DNA from: an uncultured Saprospiraceae bacterium
GTDB taxonomy: Bacteria; Bacteroidota; Bacteroidia; Chitinophagales; Saprospiraceae
Direction: 5' to 3'
NCBI GenBank assembly: GCA_937973565.1
Contig: CALJKQ010000064.1
Location: 3,671-67,670, forward strand
DNA length: 64,000 nucleotides
Both the position numbers and the translations under genes were made by a program. The notes below the pieces were generated by a model that worked only from the letters and a program-made list of their open reading frames with translations, was not told the origin of the DNA and searched no databases. Shown here one piece after another: positions 1 through 9,638 of the stretch (positions are counted from its first letter, which is position 1; each line of letters starts with the position of its first letter).

Positions 1-1223
1 ATGCTGCCAGTTTTGTAAAGGCACTTCGCAGGCCTCGCAAACTTTTGTTGATGGTAGAAGCGGGTTCCGCCGTGGATGCCATCCTGGACAGCCTTTTACC
101 CCATCTTCAAAAAGGCGATGTGGTCATTGATGGTGGCAACTCCCATTATAAGGATACAGAAAGAAGAATGGCAAGCTGCAGTAAAAAGGGCGTTCATTTC
201 ATGGGCTGTGGTATATCCGGAGGTGAAAAGGGGGCGCTTGATGGACCTGCCATTATGCCGGGAGGGAACCACAATGCTTATCAGCTTGTAAAACCCTACC
301 TGGAAACCGTGGCTGCCACCAATTTCGAAGGCCATCCCTGCTGCACTTATATTTCAGAAGGCGGATCCGGCCATTACGTAAAAATGGTTCACAATGGCAT
401 CGAGTATGCGGAAATGCAGCTTATCGCTGAAGTTTATGGAATTTTGAGGTATGGTCTCAATCTCCATCCGGACGAGATAGCAGAGACTTTTCACAAATGG
501 AATAAAAAGAAAAATGCTTCCTACTTATTGGAGATTTCCAGCACCATTTTAAATACCAAAGTAGATGGCGACTGGATTATTGACAAAATTCACGATAGTG
601 CAGGAAGCAAAGGTACGGGGGGGTGGACGGCCCTTGAGAGCATTGAAAGAGGGCAGGCATTTACAACGATGGTAGCTGCCCTTTTTTCGAGGTATCTATC
701 AGCAGATTGGAAGTGGCGCAAAACTTTCTCGGAAAAGGTTCAAAAGAAGCATAAACACAAGTTGTCAATTTCCATTAAGCAATTGGAAGATGCTTATTAT
801 TTATCGCGACTTATCAATCACCATCTGGGCTTTGAATTGATAAAAAAGGCGGCCATCGAAAACAAATGGGACATTGATTACAGTCAATTGGCTGCCGAAT
901 GGACCAATGGCTGTATAATTAGGTCTTCACTCATGACCAAACTCACAGCTATCCTTGCCAATCATACACAAATATTGGAGGATGAAACACTGCAAGAGAA
1001 AATGCACAAGTACAAAAAATCGCTGGTAGCGTCCGTATGCGCGGGTTTGCAAACAGGCATTGATGTTTCAGCGATGAGTGCAGCGGCCAATTATATAAAT
1101 ATTATTAGCACCTATCCGGGTACAGCTTCACTCATACAGGCCCAAAGAGACTTTTTTGGTGCCCATACCTTTAAGTGGGCTGACCAGCCGGACGGGAAGC
1201 CGGTCCATTTCCATTGGGAATAG
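1..1223 (+). CDS. gnd: 6-phosphogluconate dehydrogenase (decarboxylating), 5' end cut by window edge
   Basis: Frame 3 is open from base 3 (AASFVKALRRPRKLLLMVEAG...), so the listed Met at 45 is internal. Motifs GNSHYKDTERR, GISGGEKGALDGPAIMPGG and GHYVKMVHNGIEYAEMQLIAE are 6PGDH signatures. Confidence 0.9.
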   Translation, partial: AASFVKALRRPRKLLLMVEAGSAVDAILDSLLPHLQKGDVVIDGGNSHYKDTERRMASCSKKGVHFMGCGISGGEKGALDGPAIMPGGNHNAYQLVKPYLETVAATNFEGHPCCTYISEGGSGHYVKMVHNGIEYAEMQLIAEVYGILRYGLNLHPDEIAETFHKWNKKKNASYLLEISSTILNTKVDGDWIIDKIHDSAGSKGTGGWTALESIERGQAFTTMVAALFSRYLSADWKWRKTFSEKVQKKHKHKLSISIKQLEDAYYLSRLINHHLGFELIKKAAIENKWDIDYSQLAAEWTNGCIIRSSLMTKLTAILANHTQILEDETLQEKMHKYKKSLVASVCAGLQTGIDVSAMSAAANYINIISTYPGTASLIQAQRDFFGAHTFKWADQPDGKPVHFHWE

Positions 1224-1231
1224 GTCAGAAT

Positions 1232-2128
1232 TTATTCGAGATGGGCCTGAATAGCGTGTTCAACAGCCTTTTTTAATCCTGCGTAATTGGCCTCAGACAT
1301 TTTGGCAAGCGGCAATCTTACTTCGTTGGTGCAAAAACCCAGGATTTCCATCGCCGACTTTATGCCTACCGGATTGCCCTCTACATACAACCATTTGTGT
1401 AGGTCGTACGTTTGGAAGTTGAGCTGACGGGCTTTCACAAAATCTTCAGCCAGGGCAGCCCTGATCATGCCTGAAAAAGAAGCTGGAAAAGCATTGGCCA
1501 TCACTGAAATAACGCCTTCACCTCCACAAGCTACCATAGGCATTGCCACCTCGTCGTCACCACTGGTCACAAAGAAATGGGGGGGTCGGTTTTTAATAAT
1601 TCTGGTTGCCTGAATGAGATCACCGGAGGCTTCTTTAATGCCAATAAAAATGGGACTTGCATTGGCTAGTCTTATGGTAGTTTCCCACTCCATATTGGAA
1701 CGCGTCCTTCCGGGCACATTGTACAAAATGATGGGTCGTGGACAAACTTCGGCCATAGCCATATAATGTTGGTAAATTCCTTCCTGAGAAGGTTTTACAT
1801 AGGCCGGACTGGAAGACAATACAGCATCAATTCCTGTAAAATCAAAGGATTTGATGTATTTGCATAGATCTTTGGTGTTGTTTCCGGCGAAATTGCCCGC
1901 TACAACAGGCACTCGTTTGTTTACCAAATTGATAACGTGGTCCAAAACAGTCCTTGATTCTGCAGCATCGAGGGTAGCGGTTTCACCTGTACTTCCCAGG
2001 GCCACAATGTACTCCACACCTCCGGAAATCACATGATCAATGATACGGGTCATGGCCTCAAAGTCGACCTCACCATTTCTAAAGGGAGTGATGATGGCCA
2101 CTCCGGTGCCCCTAAATTTATTTTCCAT
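1232..2128 (-). CDS. dapA: 4-hydroxy-tetrahydrodipicolinate synthase
   Basis: 298 aa. GTGVAIITPF, GSTGE, LYNVPGRT and the Schiff-base lysine context IGIKEASGD are DapA/NAL-family hallmarks. Confidence 0.9.
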   Translation of the reverse strand: MENKFRGTGVAIITPFRNGEVDFEAMTRIIDHVISGGVEYIVALGSTGETATLDAAESRTVLDHVINLVNKRVPVVAGNFAGNNTKDLCKYIKSFDFTGIDAVLSSSPAYVKPSQEGIYQHYMAMAEVCPRPIILYNVPGRTRSNMEWETTIRLANASPIFIGIKEASGDLIQATRIIKNRPPHFFVTSGDDEVAMPMVACGGEGVISVMANAFPASFSGMIRAALAEDFVKARQLNFQTYDLHKWLYVEGNPVGIKSAMEILGFCTNEVRLPLAKMSEANYAGLKKAVEHAIQAHLE

Positions 2129-2630
2129 GAGATGATATTTTCTCTATCCAATTATCAATTACCACAATTTGTGCCAGGCAATCCCCCGGATTATCGTCAA
2201 TAGTCAGGTCCAGCCAGGGTTCAACATCTTTTGTATATATGCCGGTTTTGAACGAAGCCTGACAGTTTTTCAAAATCAATTGCTGGTGAATATCGAAATC
2301 GGCACATAAATAATAAAGCCTTTTAAATCGGAGTGCGAGAAAGGAGGCAATATTTTCATTAAATGCATAGCCGGCCCATTTGATTTCCTTTTGATGATAG
2401 TAAAGGCAATCCGGCGCTTCGACCGGTTTTTCCTTCAAATACAGTAAAAATTCCAGGTCTTCCCTATGTACACCTTTTTTCTCAAAGTATTGGCAAATGG
2501 CTTCCCGGCTTTCGCTTCCTGCATCGTCCAGCATGATGCCGACAGATGCAACTTTGCCCTGAGCAGCTGACGCAGCTATTTTTTTTTCTGCACTGTCTAA
2601 CAACCATTTTTTTAACCAATTCAGAGCCAT
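2118..2630 (-). CDS. hypothetical protein, overlaps dapA start by 11 bp
   Basis: 170-aa ORF with coding-like composition and tight coupling to dapA. No motif I recognise. Confidence 0.55.
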   Translation of the reverse strand: MALNWLKKWLLDSAEKKIAASAAQGKVASVGIMLDDAGSESREAICQYFEKKGVHREDLEFLLYLKEKPVEAPDCLYYHQKEIKWAGYAFNENIASFLALRFKRLYYLCADFDIHQQLILKNCQASFKTGIYTKDVEPWLDLTIDDNPGDCLAQIVVIDNWIEKISSHGK

Positions 2631-2676
2631 ATACTTCGCTGTGGGGCAAAGATAAAATTTCTCCGTGAAAATGGCT

Positions 2677-3582
2677 TTAAACCTGTCTTGATCTTAAGTC
2701 TTGGATAGCCTGATGGAGTTCCGGGAAGGTAAAATTGAAATTGTTTTTCATGAGGATAGCCGGCAATACACGGGTGCTGTCCAAAACCACGTGCGACATT
2801 TCGCCCAAAATTAATTTTAGCACAAATGTAGGTACAGGTGCAGTCCACGTAAAAAAGCCAAGTGAATTCCTGATAACTGAAACCATGTCTTTGTTGCTCA
2901 TGGCAGCCGGTCCTACCGCATTGATGGGTCCATGATATCTATCATCCTCAATGCAGGCTACTATTATGGAGCAAAGGTCATCAATGTGGATCCAGGATTG
3001 CCTTTGATGTCCATTTCCAAAATATGGCAGTAATCTTAGCGTAGGAACCGTCTGCATCATTTTAGGCAGTGCACCTCCCCGTGTTGAAAGCACAATACCA
3101 ATGCGTGTCAAAACCTTTCTGTGTGCATCTACGGAAGCATGTGCCGACTCCCATGCTTGAACACATGAGGAAAGAAAACCATTGCCGGCAGTGCTGTCTT
3201 CATCCAAAATTTCACTTCCCCGATCGCCATAAAATCCAATGGCAGAAGCGCCAATATAGAGCTGAGGTGTGTGACCTTTTTCCTTTAACCAGGTAGCCAG
3301 ACTTAGGGCAGGAGCTACTCTGGACTGTATCAATTCATTTTTTCTGGCATTTGTCCATCTGGCATCAGCAATACCCGCACCTGCCAGGTTTATGACCACA
3401 TCCGGCATGCTGCCGATATCCTTGATCTCAGAACGTTCCGGCTGCCATTGAGCATATGAAACACCATTGTTCTCAGATTGCAAAGACCTTGATAAGATTG
3501 TAACCCTGTATTGTTTTTTTAATCGATCAGCCAGGTGTTTGCCTATTAACCCTGTACCTCCGGCAATCAAAACAGACTTCAT
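2677..3582 (-). CDS. YfcH/TIGR01777-like NAD-dependent epimerase (atypical SDR)
   Basis: I chose the internal Met (cat at 3580-3582) giving MKSVLIAGGTGLIGKHLADRL, a Rossmann GxxGxxG at the N-terminus. Length and C-terminal extension fit the YfcH family. Confidence 0.8.
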   Translation of the reverse strand: MKSVLIAGGTGLIGKHLADRLKKQYRVTILSRSLQSENNGVSYAQWQPERSEIKDIGSMPDVVINLAGAGIADARWTNARKNELIQSRVAPALSLATWLKEKGHTPQLYIGASAIGFYGDRGSEILDEDSTAGNGFLSSCVQAWESAHASVDAHRKVLTRIGIVLSTRGGALPKMMQTVPTLRLLPYFGNGHQRQSWIHIDDLCSIIVACIEDDRYHGPINAVGPAAMSNKDMVSVIRNSLGFFTWTAPVPTFVLKLILGEMSHVVLDSTRVLPAILMKNNFNFTFPELHQAIQDLRSRQV

Positions 3583-3686
3583 GATAAGATTTTGAATACT
3601 AACAAAAAGAAAGGGGCTGGGTTTAAATAAAAAATCCGGACAGAACTTCTCTGCCCGGATCAAAGACCTTCTATAAAACTAAATTT

Positions 3687-4373
3687 TTAACCTCTGCAGG
3701 CTTCTTTGGCTGCCCTTAATTCTTCAGCTGAGTTGATGGTTTGTACAGTACCGTCTTCCAGTGTAATGGAAATCGGGAAAACAAACTGAGGTCTGCTTTT
3801 GGTTCCTTTCAATGATTTAATTAATTCTGCCATTGCAGCCTGATCTGCAACAGTAACTTCGCCGTTTACGGTTGTCAGGGTGATTGGAAAATTAAGTGTA
3901 AAACAAGGAACACCATGTCCTCCACCATTGCCATGTCCGGGACCGTGACCAGGACCGTGACCAGGACCATGTCCGGTTCCATCTACTTTACAGCCGGCAA
4001 TCAAAGCCCTGAGATCCTCTGTAGATGTAATATCCACAATGGCTCCGTCTTCTGTTGTAACAGAATATGGAAACTGGATTTTGGGTCTTCCTTTGATTTC
4101 TGGGTTGTTTTCTTTCCATGCTTTAAAGGCAGCTTTCATTTCTTCATAAGAAGCGACTACCTGGGTGGTTGAGTCGGCAAAAACTACGGTTACCGGGAAA
4201 TTGATTTCAAAACAACCGTTTTTGCCGGTTCTGGTTTCTGAGCATATTTCATCCAATGCGGAATTAACGAAATTTTCGGTGTCTGTTGTACTGTCGTCAG
4301 ACGTACATGCGGTAAATGCAAATGTAAATAGCATCAAAGCAAAAGCAACTGGCAGAAAAAATCTGTACTTCAT
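3687..4373 (-). CDS. secreted lipoprotein with two homologous Cys-bounded domains joined by a His-Gly-Pro linker
   Basis: Lipoprotein signal MKYRFFLPVAFALMLFTFAFTAC. Two internal copies (CFEINFPVTVVF...EDLRALIAGC and CFTLNFPITLTT...EELRAAKEAC) are separated by GHGPGHGPGHGPGHGNGGGHG. Confidence 0.75.
   Translation of the reverse strand: MKYRFFLPVAFALMLFTFAFTACTSDDSTTDTENFVNSALDEICSETRTGKNGCFEINFPVTVVFADSTTQVVASYEEMKAAFKAWKENNPEIKGRPKIQFPYSVTTEDGAIVDITSTEDLRALIAGCKVDGTGHGPGHGPGHGPGHGNGGGHGVPCFTLNFPITLTTVNGEVTVADQAAMAELIKSLKGTKSRPQFVFPISITLEDGTVQTINSAEELRAAKEACRG
3912..3974 (-). repeat. in-frame 12-nt coding repeat (HGPG)n
   Basis: The plus strand reads ccatgtccgggaccgtgaccaggaccgtgaccaggaccatgtcc. 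The minus strand encodes GHGPGHGPGHGPGHGNGGGHG. Confidence 0.85.
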
Positions 4374-4459
4374 AAAATACTTTTTATAGTTATTGAATAT
4401 TTGTAGGTATGATGCAATTTGATTTCTTTTGTACTCAATAAAACCAAAAAAAATAATAA

Positions 4460-5035
4460 ATGAACCAGGCTACTTTGTGGCAACGCTTTAAAGAAGGCGA
4501 CAAAAACAGCCTGAAAATCATATATGAAGAACATATTGATGCCCTGTTTTTATTTGGTAAAAAATTATGTGCCGACGAAGATCAGGTGCTGGATTATATC
4601 CATGACTTGTTCGTGTATGTATGGGAAAACCGCGAAAAACTGGGAGATCCTGTAGTCATCAGGGCCTATTTGCTCAAATCTCTCCGAAATCGAATCATCG
4701 ATGACTTTCGAAAAAGCAAAAAAATCAATATTAGCTCAGATATTTCTTTGGTCAAGGATACAGAACTTTCAAAAGAAGAGGAATGGGTGGCTTTTGAAAC
4801 ATCTGCTCAGATCAATGAAAAACTGGGTGGTGCTGTCAAATTGCTAACAGACCGTCAAAGAGAAATCATTTACCTCAAATTCAATCAAAACCTGTCCTAT
4901 GAGGAAATTGGCGATATATTGGGTATTAATTATCAATCTGTCAGAAACCTTGCACACCGGGCAATTTCAGAATTGAGGAAAAACATGACAGTACTTTTAA
5001 TTATACTGACTGCCCTCCTGGTAATTTCCTGGTGA
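4460..5035 (+). CDS. ECF-type RNA polymerase sigma-70 family factor
   Basis: 191 aa. Region 2-like DYIHDLFVYVWENR and region 4 HTH LSYEEIGDILGINYQSVRNLAHRAISELR. Followed by FecR and a TonB receptor. Confidence 0.85.
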   Translation: MNQATLWQRFKEGDKNSLKIIYEEHIDALFLFGKKLCADEDQVLDYIHDLFVYVWENREKLGDPVVIRAYLLKSLRNRIIDDFRKSKKINISSDISLVKDTELSKEEEWVAFETSAQINEKLGGAVKLLTDRQREIIYLKFNQNLSYEEIGDILGINYQSVRNLAHRAISELRKNMTVLLIILTALLVISW

Positions 5036-5084
5036 TTTAATGAGTACAGCAAAGCGATGAATGCGTTTTAATTAAAAAAAGAAA

Positions 5085-5546
5085 ATGATCAGGGTATTAA
5101 TAGTCATGGGTTCAGTGTTGCTTTTCTGGTCATGCGGAAAAGATGGTGCTGAGGTAAACATTGACGAGGCTCTGCTCCCCTATTTTGAAAAGTTTCAAAA
5201 GGAAGCGAATGAAAGAGGGGTGGATTTTGATGTATCAACATCCAATATTTCAGGGGCAATCGTCAATATTTCGGGCAACAACATTGTAGCCCAATGCACA
5301 CACAATGAAAATGTACCATCCGTGGTAACCGTAGATATTGATTACTGGAATTTGGCAACCGAACAGGAAAAGGAATTTTATATTTTTCACGAGCTAGGGC
5401 ACTGCTACCTCAAAAGGGTACATGACGACAGCAAAGACAATACCGGCCACTGCCTGAGCATTATGCACTCAAGTGCAGATGCATGCAAATTTGTGTACAA
5501 CAGCAACACCAGGTCGGATTACCTGGACGAGCTTTTTGATAAATAA
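5085..5546 (+). CDS. small lipoprotein with HExxH zinc-metallopeptidase-like motif
   Basis: Signal plus lipobox MGSVLLFWSC. FYIFHELGHCYL (HExxH) is followed by further His/Asp residues (HDDSKDNTGHCLSIMH). Confidence 0.6.
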   Translation: MIRVLIVMGSVLLFWSCGKDGAEVNIDEALLPYFEKFQKEANERGVDFDVSTSNISGAIVNISGNNIVAQCTHNENVPSVVTVDIDYWNLATEQEKEFYIFHELGHCYLKRVHDDSKDNTGHCLSIMHSSADACKFVYNSNTRSDYLDELFDK

Positions 5547-5553
5547 TGATAGA

Positions 5554-6516
5554 ATGAAACCAGACTTTACAAAATATGATGTAGAAGACTTTGTGTCGGA
5601 TGAAAGTTTTGTATCGTGGGTAAACAACCGCGATTCAGAATTCTGGGCTCGGTTTGTTCAGGATCATCCGGAGAAGAGAGATCAAATAGCACTGGCAGAA
5701 AAACTGGTTGGTGCCCTGACCCAAAAAGAGGTGGCTCTTTCTCAACGCGCCAAAGCGGGGACCTGGAATAAAATCGAAAAATCAATCTCCGGCACTTCCA
5801 TTGTTCGCAGGCTCTTTATTGCGGCTTCTGTGGCTGCAGCTTGCTTAGCTGTCTTTTATGTTACCGGTTTGGGGACACAATCGCAGAATGTTATCCTGGC
5901 CAACAACGGCAAAGAAGCCAAAGAAGAAGTATTGCCCGATCAAAGCATCGTGGTGCTTACGCCCGGAGCAACACTCGAATATGATGCTGAAACCTATATG
6001 TCTGATAGAAAAGTAGCATTAAAGGGAAGGGCTTTTTTTGAAGTCCAAAAGGGTAGCCCATTTGCTGTTACCACCCATCAGGGAACCGTTGAAGTGCTGG
6101 GTACAAGCTTTGATGTTGACGCTATGTCCGGAAACTTTCAGGTAGTGTGCTATACCGGAAAGGTCAGGGTCAGTCACATGGACACCAAAGTGTTGCTTAC
6201 CCCCGGCGAGCAGACAGCTTTTGGTAAAAATGAGCAAAACAAAGAGCCATTCGACTTACCCGCTAATCTACAACCAGACTGGATTTCAAGTTATCTCGCA
6301 TTTGAGAATGAATCACTGGAAAATGTGATTCGTGAAATCGAAAATGCTTACAATGTTCAGGTTGAGGTTGAACCTTCTCTGTTAAACGGAGTCAAACATT
6401 CAGGTCATGTAGTGAAAGACGATATTGAAAAAGCCTTGACCAGCATTACCTGGCCCCATCATTTGACATTCGAGTTGGAGGGCGATGTTGTAAAAATTGT
6501 AAACAAAGTTGATTAA
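5554..6516 (+). CDS. FecR-family anti-sigma factor / transmembrane sensor
   Basis: I start at the ATG at 5554 (MKPDFTKYDVEDF...), just after the upstream stop. It has a single central TM (LFIAASVAAACLAVFYV). The periplasmic FecR-like part shows VLPDQSIVVLTPGATLEY and GRAFFEVQKG. Confidence 0.85.
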   Translation: MKPDFTKYDVEDFVSDESFVSWVNNRDSEFWARFVQDHPEKRDQIALAEKLVGALTQKEVALSQRAKAGTWNKIEKSISGTSIVRRLFIAASVAAACLAVFYVTGLGTQSQNVILANNGKEAKEEVLPDQSIVVLTPGATLEYDAETYMSDRKVALKGRAFFEVQKGSPFAVTTHQGTVEVLGTSFDVDAMSGNFQVVCYTGKVRVSHMDTKVLLTPGEQTAFGKNEQNKEPFDLPANLQPDWISSYLAFENESLENVIREIENAYNVQVEVEPSLLNGVKHSGHVVKDDIEKALTSITWPHHLTFELEGDVVKIVNKVD

Positions 6517-9091
6517 AAAGACAAGGATATATACCCTTCTAGTTTTTTTGTTTTGTGCAGCATCACTGGCTGCTCAAACGGGGATTACTTTGGGCAAATT
6601 TATCGACTATTTATCTGACCGGTATCAAATAGATGTAGCCATTGACCCGTCTTTGCTCAATCAATACCAGATAGATCCGGCTTCTATTAACGAAAAAAAC
6701 GTTGTAGCTTCTCTGGAGCAAATATTTGAGAAAGCCGGGCTTGAGTATTATTATCTGGACCAAAATCAGATTTTGCTCAGACGATCCAATGTGGTTTTAA
6801 ACCCTGAAGCCAAAAAGTTCAATGGGAAGGTAGTGGATGCCGTTACAGGAAACCCTCTGCCTTTTGCTGCTGTTTACACAGTAGGTTTTCATAACGGTGT
6901 TGCTTGTGACGAAGCCGGCAACTTTTCCATCCAACTGGAAGACAACAAGTCCGATAGCATAGAGTGTTCTTTTTTAGGATATGACAAAATCAGGTTATCG
7001 TCTGCCAAATCAAACGGAATCGTCATACGCTTACAACCCCAGCCACAAACGGTTGAAAGGATTACCATCGTCGCGTCGGCACAGCATTATGTAAGTGGTA
7101 TGAAATCCGAATACAATGCCAACTATCATAGCTATAGTTATACCAATGTAGCGGGTCAGGACTTACATCGCAGCATTCAGAAACTATCCGGAGTTACCAA
7201 ATCAGACAAAGCTACTGCCGGTATACGGGGGTACGGAAGTGACAAGACCCTTACTATGGTCGACAATATCCCTGTATTAAATACAGGACATTATTACAAT
7301 ATCATCAGTGGTCTTAATGAGCTCTATTTTGATGAATTTACTTTGTACAAAAACCAATTTCCGACATCCTACGGCAATGCACTGGGAGGTATGATTCAGT
7401 TTTCCTCCACCGAAAAAAACAATGCTACCCTTCGTACAACTTCTAATCTTCTGTATTCAGGTGCAGCACTTCATTTGCCGGTAAGTTCCAAAGTGACCCT
7501 GAAAGCAGGGGGTCGGGTTTCTTATTTGGGTATTAATGAAAATGGCATTCTTGCCAGCAATTTCAATCAACTGCGCTTTGAATCCAATAGCAACAACCCT
7601 TCGGGCATCGTTTCCAATTTACCAAGGGCTGATTTTTACGATGCCAACATTAAATTGAAAATTGCCCCCAATACACGAAGCTATTTTGAAATCAATGGCC
7701 TCATCAGCAAAGACAATACGCAATTGGATTGGGAAAACAACCGCCAGTCGTTTATTCAAAATCAGAGTGTAATTCTCAACCAAAAATTTCTCAACGCCCG
7801 ACAAATTGCCAACCGAGGGTTATCGCTTAGATATGCCACAACCATTGGTAAAAATTATACCATCACCTCTGATTTGTACAGCTACGAATATCGGGATTCT
7901 TTTCATCTCGCCAACGAGAACACCGATTATATCAACGGCAATGAAAATAAGATATACACCGATTACCAACATAGCCAATGGATCCAAATGTCGGGATTCA
8001 GAACAGCTCTTGAATATAGGATCAGCGAAATCTCCTCATTAAAGGCCGGGTTAGATGTTTCCAGGATGCAATTGGAATTAAACACTTCAGAAAACAACCA
8101 CAAGCCACTGGCATTGGATCAGCAGGCTACACAGCCGGCGTTCTTTATGGAATACCTGTTTCGAAAAAACAGGTGGACACTCAACGGTGGCTTCAGGATT
8201 GTCCAACCTTCCGGCTTTGATCAATTGTATTTACAACCCCAACTTTCAGCTTCTTTTAAACCTGTTGATGGTATGGAGCTTAAATCGAGTATTGCAAAAA
8301 GGGTACAGAATTTCAACCAGTTTGACTTTGAGACCAGATTTGCACAAAACCTGAAGTACTACTATATCAGCCAAAAGGATTTTTTACCTCTTCAGCAAAG
8401 TACTTCCTACATGCTCGGCAGCCGTTTTACCAAAGCAGGTTTTTTGTTTGATGTGGAATTTTGGTTGAATCATTCTACGGGAAGTCAGCTCTTTACTTCC
8501 TTAAACACTGGCAACCGAACGGGTCCACCGATGCCCTTTAATTACATGTTTTTTACAGGAGAAACCACTACCAAAGGCATTGATTTTACAGTGGCTTACA
8601 AAGTAGGTGCAATTAAATATTCATTGGCTTATACCCTGAGTAAGGCTACTCAACAGTTTAACGGCATCTATAAAAACCTAACCATCCCTTCGCCCGATGA
8701 CAGGAGGCACCAACTTACGGCTGGTGCAGATTTTAAAGTTAAAAAATGGACTTACAATACATCCATCACTTATTTATCGGGCACTCCTTATCTCAGCTTC
8801 GATAAAAGCAGAGACATGGGACCCAAGGATAAATCCAACCGAATGGATATCATATCCTATTTGCCTCCCTATGTAAGTTTGGATGCCGGAATCAATTATG
8901 GCTTTCAATTAAAGAGATGTCAGTTAACGATAGGCGCAACGGTAAGTAACTTAACCAATCACACCAATATCAAATTTCTCCAGCAGACAGGAGAGTTTGA
9001 TGACAAAAAAAACATGAAACCCCTGGTAACAGGCAATCAATCCTTGATGTTGGGAAGGTTTTTCAACCTCCACTTCTCTACCAAATTTTAG
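6509..9091 (+). CDS. TonB-dependent receptor with N-terminal STN signalling domain and CarboxypepD_reg-like domain
   Basis: TTG start overlapping the FecR stop. Signal peptide, then an STN-like block (LGKFIDYLSDRYQIDVAIDP...ILLRR), then GKVVDAVTGNPLPFAAVY, plug and barrel. The C-terminus ends in ...HFSTKF, with a terminal aromatic residue. Confidence 0.85.
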   Translation: MIKKTRIYTLLVFLFCAASLAAQTGITLGKFIDYLSDRYQIDVAIDPSLLNQYQIDPASINEKNVVASLEQIFEKAGLEYYYLDQNQILLRRSNVVLNPEAKKFNGKVVDAVTGNPLPFAAVYTVGFHNGVACDEAGNFSIQLEDNKSDSIECSFLGYDKIRLSSAKSNGIVIRLQPQPQTVERITIVASAQHYVSGMKSEYNANYHSYSYTNVAGQDLHRSIQKLSGVTKSDKATAGIRGYGSDKTLTMVDNIPVLNTGHYYNIISGLNELYFDEFTLYKNQFPTSYGNALGGMIQFSSTEKNNATLRTTSNLLYSGAALHLPVSSKVTLKAGGRVSYLGINENGILASNFNQLRFESNSNNPSGIVSNLPRADFYDANIKLKIAPNTRSYFEINGLISKDNTQLDWENNRQSFIQNQSVILNQKFLNARQIANRGLSLRYATTIGKNYTITSDLYSYEYRDSFHLANENTDYINGNENKIYTDYQHSQWIQMSGFRTALEYRISEISSLKAGLDVSRMQLELNTSENNHKPLALDQQATQPAFFMEYLFRKNRWTLNGGFRIVQPSGFDQLYLQPQLSASFKPVDGMELKSSIAKRVQNFNQFDFETRFAQNLKYYYISQKDFLPLQQSTSYMLGSRFTKAGFLFDVEFWLNHSTGSQLFTSLNTGNRTGPPMPFNYMFFTGETTTKGIDFTVAYKVGAIKYSLAYTLSKATQQFNGIYKNLTIPSPDDRRHQLTAGADFKVKKWTYNTSITYLSGTPYLSFDKSRDMGPKDKSNRMDIISYLPPYVSLDAGINYGFQLKRCQLTIGATVSNLTNHTNIKFLQQTGEFDDKKNMKPLVTGNQSLMLGRFFNLHFSTKF

Positions 9092-9092
9092 G

Positions 9093-9581
9093 TTATTGGC
9101 GTTTTAGTACCAGCGAATCTGCGGGATAATGACTTTTTAAAGTATCCATTTGTGATTTTGCCCAATTGATGAACCTGCTTTTTTGTTCTGCCGACAAGTT
9201 GGCTTCCGGATGAAGTCCCAGCCAGGTATATGATTTTAATGGCATTTCGCCTTCTTCCATCATTTCTACGATTTCTTCTAATTTGTGGTTTTGGACCGCA
9301 ATTCTTTTTTTGGTGAATTCAGAAAAATTGAGGTGTTTTTTGCCGTCTGTTACGTGGTGATTAAGCCACCAGGCAACCGGTTGAACATTGGCATACCAGG
9401 GATATTTAGTGCTGTTGGAGTGGCAATCATCACATGCTGCTTTTGAGATATCGGCCACCTCTTGCGGGAAATCGTATTTTGTTGATATGTGATAAGTTTG
9501 ATCGTTGGATACATTTCTTTCCGGCTTAAAAAACTGGATAACGATCAGGACAACAACCAGAATGGTGGCAAATTTTTTCAT
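9093..9581 (-). CDS. secreted haem-binding-domain (Haem_bd-like) protein
   Basis: N-terminal TM/signal. CDDCHSNSTKYPWYANVQPVAWWLNHHVTDGKKHLNFSEF matches the haem-binding domain family pattern as I recall it. Confidence 0.65.
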   Translation of the reverse strand: MKKFATILVVVLIVIQFFKPERNVSNDQTYHISTKYDFPQEVADISKAACDDCHSNSTKYPWYANVQPVAWWLNHHVTDGKKHLNFSEFTKKRIAVQNHKLEEIVEMMEEGEMPLKSYTWLGLHPEANLSAEQKSRFINWAKSQMDTLKSHYPADSLVLKRQ

Positions 9582-9638
9582 GATTTTAGCTTTTAATATT
9601 TCAATTTAAAAATAGGGATAATTAATCAGGCGTAGTAG

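Noticed and set aside
5473-5553. Upstream extension of the FecR ORF overlapping the HExxH lipoprotein gene
   Set aside because: The extension reads through the end of the preceding gene in another frame. The ATG at 5554, just after that gene's stop, gives a normal FecR N-terminus.
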